Shown: positions 8,149-16,405 of the stretch, piece after piece | Layout of the letters: each line of letters begins with the position of its first letter | How positions within the stretch are numbered: the first letter of the stretch is position 1 | Assembly: GCA_048881705.1 (NCBI GenBank) | Contig: JBHLSH010000079.1 | Span: 1-17,640, forward strand | Direction: 5' to 3' | Length of the DNA: 17,640 bases | DNA from: Candidatus Heimdallarchaeota archaeon | GTDB taxonomy: Archaea; Asgardarchaeota; Heimdallarchaeia; Hodarchaeales; Hodarchaeaceae | Notes under the pieces: model-generated | What the model was told of the DNA's origin: nothing | Seen by the model: only the letters and a program-made list of their open reading frames with translations | Database searches by the model: none | Made by a program: the position numbers and the translations under genes

Positions 8149-8247
8149 GTCAGATTGCAAAACCACAGTAGGTACTCCCGCCCACAGCGTTTCACATATT
8201 CCCTCTTCCCTTTTGTTCCATTTCTTCTTAAGGGTTTAAAAGCAGGG

Positions 8248-8262
8248 GAAAAGCTTTTTTAA
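8248..8262 (+). promoter_or_regulatory. BRE/TATA-like promoter of the 8291 gene (leaderless spacing)
   Basis: GAAAAGCTTTTTTAA about 30 nt upstream of ATG 8291. Confidence 0.5.
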
Positions 8263-8290
8263 TCGGGTTACGGAAAAAAAACAAACAGAG

Positions 8291-8563
8291 ATGACACGGC
8301 TCTTAGACCATTTCCTTAGAGAGGAAGAGTCGTATTGGTCAATCCAGACTCTCCTTCATCGTGTCCTAAAGGGGATGTGGGTGCTGTTGTACGGTAGCCG
8401 GGTGATTGCGTTTTCAGAGGAGAGAGAGGAAATAGTTCGACATTTCTCTGAGTATATCGAAAAGGGTGACCCGCACGAATGCCTACCGGGGGCAATTTGC
8501 GTGCAAGTGGGACATGAAAAGCCCTTCTATCGAATTCCGGTGGATGACAATACGGCCGAGTAA
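8291..8563 (+). CDS. Small hypothetical protein, DUF5678-like
   Basis: KGMWVLLYGSRVIAFSEEREEIV...ICVQVGHE resembles the recalled GkwVai...kvva.g.d pattern; promoter at the expected distance. Confidence 0.45.
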   Translation: MTRLLDHFLREEESYWSIQTLLHRVLKGMWVLLYGSRVIAFSEEREEIVRHFSEYIEKGDPHECLPGAICVQVGHEKPFYRIPVDDNTAE

Positions 8564-8572
8564 CTAACCAGA

Positions 8573-10402
8573 TCATTCTACAGTTACTGTTTTGGCGAGA
8601 TTCTTGGGCTTGTCAGGATCATAACCTCGGCTGGTAGCCGCGTAATAACTGAGCATCTGAAGGGGGATTACATCTAGGATAGGACGGAGAAACGTAAGAG
8701 AGGGATTGGGTACCACAAAGGAATAATCAGACCGTTCGATGATCGGATGGTTGGGTTCTGCTACCGATATGATATGTCCACCACGTGCACGCATCTCTTC
8801 AGCGTTGCTTATGATTTTTTTAGCGGTCCAATCATCAGGTGCTATCAATATCACGGGGAAGTTTGGTTCTACAATGGCAATTGGGCCATGTTTTGATTCC
8901 CCCGCAGGAAAAGCTTCAGCGTGGATGTAAGAGATTTCTTTAAGTTTTAGTGCTCCCTCCATGGCTACTGGAAGACTCGCCCCACGTGCTAGAAAGTACG
9001 CAGAATGCTGATTGGAGATCTTTCCTGCAAGTTCTTTCGCCTTAAATTCATTTTGAGTGATAACCGTTCGAGTAAGCTTTGAGATTTCTTGCAAGAGATA
9101 ATCATGGTCTTGGATTAATTCTTTAGAGGTTAGGAACCCTAGTTCATGCTTAACTTGGAGCCCAAGCCGGCCAAGCAGAGCAATTTGGGCCGTGTGGGTT
9201 TTGGTAGCTGCAACCCCGATCTCTGGCCCCGCCTTGGTATAGAGCGAGACATGACTCATTCGGGGGATAGATGAGTCAATAACATTCGCCACAGTAATAA
9301 CCGAGGCTCCGGCTTTACGTGCAGCACTAACCGCCTTCATCACATCAAGTGTTTCTCCTGACTGACTAATTGCCAAGATTAGACTGTCTTCATCCATAAA
9401 AGAGGAGTATGTTTCGTATTCTGAAGCAATTAAGGGGAAGATAGGCTTTTTCTTCAACATTGGTTGGAGATAATGATATCCAGACAACCCTGCATGATAA
9501 CTTGTACCGCATGCTAGTATTGCGATCTGATCTGCCTCCAAAATCATTTTCGCAGCGCTTTCAACCATTTTCTGGTCTATAAATAAAGTGTTTTTCAGCG
9601 CAAGGGGTTGTTCATGAATTTCTTTAAGCATATAGTGTGGATACCCACTTTTTTGAGCACTTTCAGCGGTCCATGTGACAATCACAGGTTTTGGTTGAAT
9701 AATATATCCGCCTTTTTCAATATAAACCGTTTGGGGTGTGATAGTAGCGATTTCTCCGTTTTTTAAGATAATAGCTCTTTTGGTGTATTCTAAAAACGCG
9801 GGAATGTCGCTCGCTGCAAACTTCGTGTCATCCTTGACTCCAATCACCAAGGGACTGTCCTTTCGGGCGAGAAAAATCGTTTCGGGATCATCGCGGGTAA
9901 ACCAGACAAGTGCATAGGTACCTTCAATTTGAGCTAGCACATTTTTAAAGGCGGAAACGGACGTTTTTTTGCCAGGATCGTCCATTGCCTCTTCAAGTAG
10001 ATGACAAATCACTTCTGTATCGGTATCTGAAACAAATTTATGGCCTCGATTGAGAAGACCCTTTTTCAACTTCATATAATTCTCGATAATCCCATTATGT
10101 ACCAGGACAATCTTTCCTGTGCAATCAGAGTGCGGATGGGCGTTAATTTGGTTTGGCGGCCCGTGAGTAGCCCATCGTGTATGACCAATTCCGACTTGCC
10201 CCGTAAGGTTCGTAAATGACATACGCTTACTTACCTGATCAATGGTACCTTTGTCTTTTAAGGTTTCGATCTGCCCATCTCCGTTCAACACAGAAACCCC
10301 CACACTGTCATATCCTCGATATTCTAAGCGTTTTAGACCAGCTGTGATCATTGGGGAAACATTTTTGCGAGCACTGGTTGTAATAGCGATAATCCCACAC
10401 AT
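8573..10402 (-). CDS. glmS: Glutamine--fructose-6-phosphate transaminase (isomerizing)
   Basis: N-terminal MCGII, LEYRGYDS, GHTRWATHG, HNGIIEN, SQSGET, ALKLKE, ESKHGP and C-terminal PKNLAKTVTVE; 609 aa. Confidence 0.98.
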   Translation of the reverse strand: MCGIIAITTSARKNVSPMITAGLKRLEYRGYDSVGVSVLNGDGQIETLKDKGTIDQVSKRMSFTNLTGQVGIGHTRWATHGPPNQINAHPHSDCTGKIVLVHNGIIENYMKLKKGLLNRGHKFVSDTDTEVICHLLEEAMDDPGKKTSVSAFKNVLAQIEGTYALVWFTRDDPETIFLARKDSPLVIGVKDDTKFAASDIPAFLEYTKRAIILKNGEIATITPQTVYIEKGGYIIQPKPVIVTWTAESAQKSGYPHYMLKEIHEQPLALKNTLFIDQKMVESAAKMILEADQIAILACGTSYHAGLSGYHYLQPMLKKKPIFPLIASEYETYSSFMDEDSLILAISQSGETLDVMKAVSAARKAGASVITVANVIDSSIPRMSHVSLYTKAGPEIGVAATKTHTAQIALLGRLGLQVKHELGFLTSKELIQDHDYLLQEISKLTRTVITQNEFKAKELAGKISNQHSAYFLARGASLPVAMEGALKLKEISYIHAEAFPAGESKHGPIAIVEPNFPVILIAPDDWTAKKIISNAEEMRARGGHIISVAEPNHPIIERSDYSFVVPNPSLTFLRPILDVIPLQMLSYYAATSRGYDPDKPKNLAKTVTVE

Positions 10403-10781
10403 TGAAGATACTTCCTTAAGATTCTATTACCTGAAAATCCCGGTTTTCCCTGTCACTCCACGAGTTTTAAAGCTAGAGTAAGGAAACGAAAGTAGGAAAC
10501 GAGTAGTTCTAGCTATAAAGGGGGCTTTTAAATGTGTTACCTTAAAGGTTTCCTGAATGTGTCATACCATTTTTTTAAGGAGATATGGAAACAGACAGTT
10601 TTACGGTCAAGGTAAGTCATTTTTTTCTTTTTACTCGCATAGATGTGTTTTTAAGGAGAAACAATGAGAACAGAAGGTAGATCCTCATATTGACTACTCT
10701 AGCCCCATTTGAAGTAGTAAGATCGATGAGGCATTAATCTGACCTGAACGATCAAATAGCACTATTTTGGTAGTTAATCCG

Positions 10782-11714
10782 ATGTTACGTCATTCCCGTA
10801 AAATTGATCCGAAAATCGCAAGACTTCTGGCACATGATCTCCGTTGGCAAATCATGATGTTGCTTTCAGATGATGAAACAAATTATGCTAAACGTATTTC
10901 AGAAGAACTCAACATATCAGAGTCGAAAGTTCATTATCACATGGCCAAACTTCGTGAAGCGGGACTCATTATTCCTATCGGTATCAAGCCTGGAAAAAGG
11001 AGAGGGAGAGCGAAGCTCTTCAAGCCCGTAGCTGCCGAATACTATTTATCCCTAGACTCTCGTAAAAGAAGGGGCCCCGCTGATACTGTTTTTGATAAGA
11101 TTTTCGCTGGACGATTCGTGACGAATGAGGAATTTGATGCAAGAATCATTGTGGGTTCAGCAGAAGCGCATGGACGGTATGATGCAATTTCACGAGATGG
11201 ATATCTGGTTTCAGAACTCTGTGGGTATCTGGGATGCCATCTTACCAGGTGGAGGCGTGATAACCAACTTTTTCCTTATTTTCTCTGTACTGACGTAGAT
11301 TATGAAAAACACCACCAAAAAGAACGGACAAATCTCATTATCCTCGGAGGACACATCACCAATACTCTCACTGCAGAATACAACTCGACTTTAGAAAACA
11401 AGTTTGGGATCTGTTTTGTTGAAAACCGGATTATGGTAGGGAAAACTGCTTATGCAAATCCAGAAAATGGATTAATTGCGCTGTTTCGTCGCCCCGATAG
11501 TAAACGACATTGGGTTTTGATTCTGGCAGGGGTACGGGGCATCGGAACAAAAGCAACGCTTTTTGCATTGACATCGGATTGTATTAAGGTACTGGAAGAT
11601 GCTCCTGAATTCGTAAGCGTGATTAAAGGGCAGAGCAGGAACGGGAGAATGGTTTCAGGGGTAGAGAAATTAGATAGCAGGATCAATTCCCACGGCTCAG
11701 AACTGAATTATTAA
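10782..11714 (+). CDS. ArsR-type winged-HTH transcriptional regulator fused to a C-terminal domain of unknown function
   Basis: LAHDLRWQIMMLL...AKRISEELNISESKVHYHMAKLREAGLI is a winged HTH. The C-terminal NLIILGGHITN resembles the NLILxGGPxxN motif. ATG 10782 is preferred over TTG 10767. Confidence 0.8.
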   Translation: MLRHSRKIDPKIARLLAHDLRWQIMMLLSDDETNYAKRISEELNISESKVHYHMAKLREAGLIIPIGIKPGKRRGRAKLFKPVAAEYYLSLDSRKRRGPADTVFDKIFAGRFVTNEEFDARIIVGSAEAHGRYDAISRDGYLVSELCGYLGCHLTRWRRDNQLFPYFLCTDVDYEKHHQKERTNLIILGGHITNTLTAEYNSTLENKFGICFVENRIMVGKTAYANPENGLIALFRRPDSKRHWVLILAGVRGIGTKATLFALTSDCIKVLEDAPEFVSVIKGQSRNGRMVSGVEKLDSRINSHGSELNY

Positions 11715-11775
11715 GTAATTAGGGGATTCCTTTTGACCACTCTTGTATTAAATTGAGGACAGGTAGCGACGAATC

Positions 11776-12477
11776 TTGGCTGAAACCCAACGCGTCATAA
11801 CGCAGGCAATCCAACAAGGAAGAAAGGTACTTACTATCAAAGAATCCAAAGTTATACTTGTGTACGAAGGTTTTCCCATTAATCCGACCGGATTTGGAAA
11901 AACCCTAGAAGAGATTCTTACCGAAGCAAAAAGAATCGGTTTTCCCCTCGTTCTTAAGGTTAGTTCCCCAGATATTGTCCACAAATCGGATGTTGGGGGA
12001 GTTATTACGGGAATAATGGATGTTTTGGATCTCCAGGAGAAGTTTGAAGGACTAGAGGAAACACTCAGACAGAAGGCTCCTTCGGCTCACATCGAAGGGT
12101 ATGTTCTCGAAAAAATGGAAACGGGGATTGAACTTTTAGTAGGATCCGCCCAGGATCCCATGTTCGGATCAATCTTGTCTTTTGGGCTAGGTGGGATCTT
12201 CGTTGAGGTCTTTAAGGATGTTGTGTTTCGGTTGATCCCGATAACTCCTGAGGATGCAGTTGAAATGCTTTCTGAGATCAAAGCGGCGCCACTATTGGAT
12301 GGAGTGCGAGGACAACCCCCTGTTGATAAGCAAGCTCTTGTAGAGTTATTGTTGCAGACCTCTCGATTTATCGAATCTCACCCAGAAATTGAAGAACTAG
12401 ACCTTAATCCAGTTTTTGCCACGGCCAAAGGGGTTTCGGTTGTTGATGCACGAATTATCCTGAAATTGGCTCAATAA
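11776..12477 (+). CDS. acdB: Acetate--CoA ligase (ADP-forming) beta subunit, stand-alone ATP-grasp
   Basis: IGFPLVLKVSSPDIVHKSDVGGV, DPMFG...FGLGGIFVEVFKDV and ELDLNP...VVDARI motifs; TTG start. Confidence 0.92.
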   Translation: MAETQRVITQAIQQGRKVLTIKESKVILVYEGFPINPTGFGKTLEEILTEAKRIGFPLVLKVSSPDIVHKSDVGGVITGIMDVLDLQEKFEGLEETLRQKAPSAHIEGYVLEKMETGIELLVGSAQDPMFGSILSFGLGGIFVEVFKDVVFRLIPITPEDAVEMLSEIKAAPLLDGVRGQPPVDKQALVELLLQTSRFIESHPEIEELDLNPVFATAKGVSVVDARIILKLAQ

Positions 12478-12901
12478 CCAGACCACGCCACAGAACGAGA
12501 AGACAAGAGAGTGTGATTGTCGCCCCAAGTGCTGAAAAAATCAAAGCTAGAAAAAAGAAAACTTCATACCCAGAAAACGATATAACGAGTTGACTCAACA
12601 AGACTGGTACCAAGGCTGCCCCTCCAAGCATGACCAAAAATCGAAGGAGAGTTTCTAAACGCTGGAATGAATCTAACCATTGACCACGATTTAAAACAAC
12701 AACAATTGGCAAACTTAGTGTAACACCAACAAGGAACGGGATTCCCACAAGTGATAATGCTTCTTTCCCCAAAAACATACTTGCGAGGGAAAGCATAACC
12801 AATTCAGAAAAAGAAAAAGAAAGGGGGATAATTACCAATTCAAATCGTTGAAACGTCGTCAATTGAGGCATTTCTTGATGCTCAGGATGGTATTGTGTCA
12901 T
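12455..12901 (-). CDS. Hypothetical 4-TM membrane protein
   Basis: 148 aa with four hydrophobic segments; fills an otherwise empty gap and overlaps the acdB 3' end by 23 nt. Confidence 0.6.
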   Translation of the reverse strand: MTQYHPEHQEMPQLTTFQRFELVIIPLSFSFSELVMLSLASMFLGKEALSLVGIPFLVGVTLSLPIVVVLNRGQWLDSFQRLETLLRFLVMLGGAALVPVLLSQLVISFSGYEVFFFLALIFSALGATITLSCLLVLWRGLVIEPISG

Positions 12902-13086
12902 TCTATCTTTTTACTCTGCGTTTCATTTGAGTTTATCTGTTGTGAAGGGGGAAGAACCGGGAAATTGATTCATGTAGGATGAACCCTCAAAATTTATAGA
13001 GTATGATAAACTGCGAAATAAACGCAAAAAATCCCTCTCATATAAAGATTATTTACTTAAATCCCTTTATTTCAGATATAAAAGAA

Positions 13087-13160
13087 GCGCCGATAATCTA
13101 GTCCGGTTAGGATCTCAGCCTTCCAAGCTGATTACCCGAGTTCGAATCTCGGTCGGCGCA
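13087..13160 (+). tRNA. tRNA-Gly: tRNA-Gly(UCC), intronless, CCA not encoded
   Basis: Acceptor GCGCCGA/TCGGCGC plus A73; anticodon arm TCAGC-CT TCC AA-GCTGA (anticodon 13122-13124); T arm CCGAG-TTCGAAT-CTCGG. Confidence 0.97.
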
Positions 13161-13167
13161 TCTGCCC

Positions 13168-13173
13168 TTTTTT
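13168..13173 (+). terminator. Oligo-T terminator of tRNA-Gly
   Basis: T6 tract 7 nt after the discriminator base. Confidence 0.5.
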
Positions 13174-13177
13174 ATTA

Positions 13178-14272
13178 CTAGTTAATCTTATAACGAAGTA
13201 TAGCGCAAATACCACCAAAACTCTGGATTTTGCGCCCTTCTTCTGTTTGGGGACTGATGATTTCGACTCGCGTGCCCGTCTTTTCTGCTAGTTCTCCTAG
13301 TTCCAATATGAGGCTAGTATCAAGGCCACTTGAGAGAAGAAGGGTATCCACCGCTCCCATTCTCAGGTTTTCACGGACTTCTTTCTCACCATAGTTGGCT
13401 TTGTTATCGATTAAAGCTTGTGTGAACTGATGTACGAGTTCCTTCTCCTCAATGATAGCTACACCTGCTAAAATATCTGTGGAGCTTGCGACCAGCTCAT
13501 TAATCCCTGATTTATCCCCTCCATACCCCAAGTCTTTGGTTCCAACAATCTTATCTTTCAATCGAGGATCAAAATACTCCACGATTTGGTCTTTTATCTG
13601 GCCTGGGCCTCCAAGGATCACCCCTTTTAGCTCTTCATCAGCATTTTCAATAAAAAACTCCTTCATTTCATCAGCAACACGTTTCAAATATCGCTGAATT
13701 GCTTCCTCACGCAATCTTGCATAACGCACGCTGCTCTGCCCTCCTTTGCGGTGTTTTTTGGCCGCACCACTTCGTGTACTCTTGATAATCTGTACATTAT
13801 CACCTTTCAAGGTAGCAATTGTGGCTTTGGCACTATCAATGGCCAGTAGAGCATATTTGTCTTTTTCGACAAGTAAATTTAGTATATGCTCAACATGAAA
13901 CCTATTATCACATACATAGAGTTTTCGAGAGATTGGTTCTGCCAGTTGGTCAAACACAAAAGATTCTAGCTTGTATTTGTTACTGGTTCCAGTCACCCCT
14001 GAAAAAATGGCTAACCCCGAATCGGGAGCTGAATTGCCGTAGAGCTTAAGTTTTCCAATCACATTTTTTAACGCAGATATGACATTCTTTTGTGTAAATT
14101 TACTGCGAATATTTGTTGCTGTCCCAATTTCATCAGACAACTCCTGAACAAAGTCCGCTATTTTGCGATTTGGGGGCACATATAGCGAAATAAGACAGGT
14201 ACTCCCATCTGGAGATTCTTTTTCTTGTAACTCGGCTAGTTGTTTCTCTATTTTATATTGACGATAACTCAT
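13178..14272 (-). CDS. prf1: Peptide chain release factor 1 (aRF1)
   Basis: LISLYVPP, GTATNIRS (NIKS position), YVCDNRF (YxCxxxF), KHRKGGQS (GGQ), and C-terminal GAVDTLL...SFGGICAILRY. Confidence 0.96.
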   Translation of the reverse strand: MSYRQYKIEKQLAELQEKESPDGSTCLISLYVPPNRKIADFVQELSDEIGTATNIRSKFTQKNVISALKNVIGKLKLYGNSAPDSGLAIFSGVTGTSNKYKLESFVFDQLAEPISRKLYVCDNRFHVEHILNLLVEKDKYALLAIDSAKATIATLKGDNVQIIKSTRSGAAKKHRKGGQSSVRYARLREEAIQRYLKRVADEMKEFFIENADEELKGVILGGPGQIKDQIVEYFDPRLKDKIVGTKDLGYGGDKSGINELVASSTDILAGVAIIEEKELVHQFTQALIDNKANYGEKEVRENLRMGAVDTLLLSSGLDTSLILELGELAEKTGTRVEIISPQTEEGRKIQSFGGICAILRYKIN

Positions 14273-14366
14273 AGGAACTTCAGCCTCGTTCTATATTCTA
14301 GTGGATATATTGGGACAGGTCGTCTGTCAATTGAATTTCCCGAAAAGATTCTTTTTTGAATCGCTA

Positions 14367-15353
14367 CTAGTGATCTCGTTCTGCTCGATAAGAATGTAAA
14401 AGTGCCCAGAATCTCTGATAGAAATCCATTAGCACTTTTAATGTCAAATAGTTCCAATCACAGATCGGCGAGTATTCTACAATGTCTAAAGCGAGAAGAG
14501 AAACCATGGGGGTATCCTCGAATGCCTTAACCAACTGAGCAAGTATCCTGAATAATTCAGAAGATGATTTCTCAATGGTTTTCTTCTTTTTAGCGGAAAA
14601 TCCACTTAAACTAGGGAAGTCGAATAATTCACCTATCCATTCTATATTGCTATTGGCCTCTTTTTTTGCTTCTAATAATTGGTCTAAATTCAAAGCATGC
14701 CCTATGATCCTGTTTCGGTGCCAATAATTGGCATAACCCATGAATGGAGGCTGTCCGACAGCAAAATAATCTAAATCGATAGTTACATATGTCTTTTTGC
14801 CTGACAACCAACTTGTAAACTGTGGGTCCTCAATAAGGGTGATAAAGGATGAAACCAGAAATTTCAAGGCACGTTGGGCCATCCTACGATCTGAGGATGC
14901 CTCGGCCCATCCACCAATTACAGCAGTTCGTTTTGATAGTTCATCAGTTAACCAGTTGCCATGGACTGCCTCTAGAGGGCCTGCTAGATCGAAATGGGCA
15001 TCAAATGAGATTATGGCAAGATCATTTCCAACATCGGAGAGATAATTTTGCGCAATGTAACGTGAAGGGGCGTGTGAAGGAGATAGGTTAATGAACCGTC
15101 TCTGATCATCCCAGAGAGGAGGAGAAATCTTTTCAAGATCAGTATAATTTCGTGTACCCCGCATTTTCGTATGGGGAAGCTCCTTAAGTACCGTAGATAA
15201 GTTTTTTTGAAACGATGTATTGATAAAACCAGATAAGTCTAGATTTGGGTTCCTATTTTTTAATGACTCAAGTTTAACTGCAGTCCAATACTCCTCAGCC
15301 CAAAAAACTGCGGTTCCAAACTTTTTAGTTTGTTTATTGGCCGGATATTCCAT
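14367..15353 (-). CDS. Divergent ureohydrolase (arginase/agmatinase superfamily)
   Basis: Metal-ligand motifs SPSH (GGDH position), DAHFD, VHG, TIDLD and DIVEYSP. Confidence 0.75.
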   Translation of the reverse strand: MEYPANKQTKKFGTAVFWAEEYWTAVKLESLKNRNPNLDLSGFINTSFQKNLSTVLKELPHTKMRGTRNYTDLEKISPPLWDDQRRFINLSPSHAPSRYIAQNYLSDVGNDLAIISFDAHFDLAGPLEAVHGNWLTDELSKRTAVIGGWAEASSDRRMAQRALKFLVSSFITLIEDPQFTSWLSGKKTYVTIDLDYFAVGQPPFMGYANYWHRNRIIGHALNLDQLLEAKKEANSNIEWIGELFDFPSLSGFSAKKKKTIEKSSSELFRILAQLVKAFEDTPMVSLLALDIVEYSPICDWNYLTLKVLMDFYQRFWALLHSYRAERDH

Positions 15354-15423
15354 TTGTACTCCTAAGGCCTTCCTAGGTGATATCCACCATATTATTCACG
15401 GATTTTGGCCGGGAACGGAGCCC

Positions 15424-16113
15424 CTAGCCCGTCACTGGGTTTTGAATAACGGTCCCCACACTCTTTCCTTGAATCGCTTCTCGAATCTTGTCGACTTCTT
15501 TGGGACAAATCACAATTCGAATATTGGATCGCTCACAGATTTTGGCCGCAATTAGCGTGAACGGGGCGTTAGACCCAGCACCTAATGATAAGGGTGAGAC
15601 AATTTCGTAAAATTCACGATAAGTCAAAATGTCATACTTTTTGGCATCGCTAAACTCCCGGGGATCCCTATCATATATACCATCCACGTTAGTAACATTG
15701 ATGAGCATATTTGAACCCACTAGATCGGCAAGAACGGCAGTATCCTCATCTGTCTTGACCGCTGGCAAAAATCCGCCTGCCAAACCAACATCGTAAGTCT
15801 GTAGCTGCTCGGTCACCTCCGTCAGAGTTGTTGGTAATATCACAGAACAATACCCCTTAAAGTAGTATGACAGCAGCCGTGCATTCAACCATGTGGCAGC
15901 AATTGCCATTGTATCCCTTTCACCTTCAGTTAATTTCTTGGGGAGCCCCGCAATGTATTGTCGAGCAACTTTTCCCCCGCCACAGACCACAACGAATTTT
16001 GACTCGTGAAAAAAACTTTTGATCATATCAGTAAACTGCTGAAGGAACTGGGTATCAATTTCACCAGGATTGATAACCGACCCACCTAAAGAAATGGAAA
16101 CCACGGGTTTCAT
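15424..16113 (-). CDS. pyrH: UMP kinase, archaeal type
   Basis: SLGGS, VCGGGKVARQYI, KTDEDTAVLA and TNVDGIYDRDP motifs. Confidence 0.95.
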   Translation of the reverse strand: MKPVVSISLGGSVINPGEIDTQFLQQFTDMIKSFFHESKFVVVCGGGKVARQYIAGLPKKLTEGERDTMAIAATWLNARLLSYYFKGYCSVILPTTLTEVTEQLQTYDVGLAGGFLPAVKTDEDTAVLADLVGSNMLINVTNVDGIYDRDPREFSDAKKYDILTYREFYEIVSPLSLGAGSNAPFTLIAAKICERSNIRIVICPKEVDKIREAIQGKSVGTVIQNPVTG

Positions 16114-16163
16114 TGTGCTATCAACTCATCCCGTTATCAACGATGACAAGGTAGTCACCTGCA

Positions 16164-16172
16164 CTTATAAAG
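16164..16172 (-). promoter_or_regulatory. TATA-like element upstream of pyrH
   Basis: Minus strand CTTTATAAG, preceded by ACAAATTT, about 50 nt upstream of the ATG. Confidence 0.4.
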
Positions 16173-16239
16173 AAATTTGTGAAGGTTTATCAAGATCTAC
16201 ACCTGAATTCACACGGTAATCGAAAGAAGGAGAGATTAA

Positions 16240-16372
16240 TGCCGCGGGCGTGATTTGAACACGCGACAACCGGATTTCTATCGTTTTTTAGCTATTAAAC
16301 GACTTCAGTCCGGCGCTTACGGGAAATACACCAATTATATGGCGCGGTTCTCCCGGTCTAAGCTACCGCGGC
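16240..16372 (-). tRNA. tRNA-Phe: tRNA-Phe(GAA) with two introns: 22/23 (16349-16318, 32 nt) and 37/38 (16302-16276, 27 nt)
   Basis: Removing both introns gives a 74-nt cloverleaf: GCCGCGG TA GCTT AGACCGGGA GAGC G CCGGA CT GAA GA TCCGG TTGTC GCGTG TTCAAAT CACGC CCGCGGC A. Bulge-helix-bulge (BHB) motifs are present at both junctions. Confidence 0.92.
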
Positions 16373-16405
16373 TGTTTACTTAAATTCACACGTGTTAGAA
16401 CGGTA

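Noticed and set aside
10403-10560. glmS ribozyme upstream of glmS
   Set aside because: The conserved AGCGCC cleavage-site core is absent on the minus strand, and that ribozyme is a mainly Firmicutes element.
10720-10750. Possible C/D box sRNA (GATGAG...CTGA..CTGA)
   Set aside because: No proper RTGATGA C box and spacing too short for a guide RNA.
11776-12477. acdB without an adjacent alpha subunit as a sign of pseudogenisation
   Set aside because: Separately encoded, unlinked ACD alpha and beta subunits are normal in archaea, and the phospho-His motif HKSD is intact.
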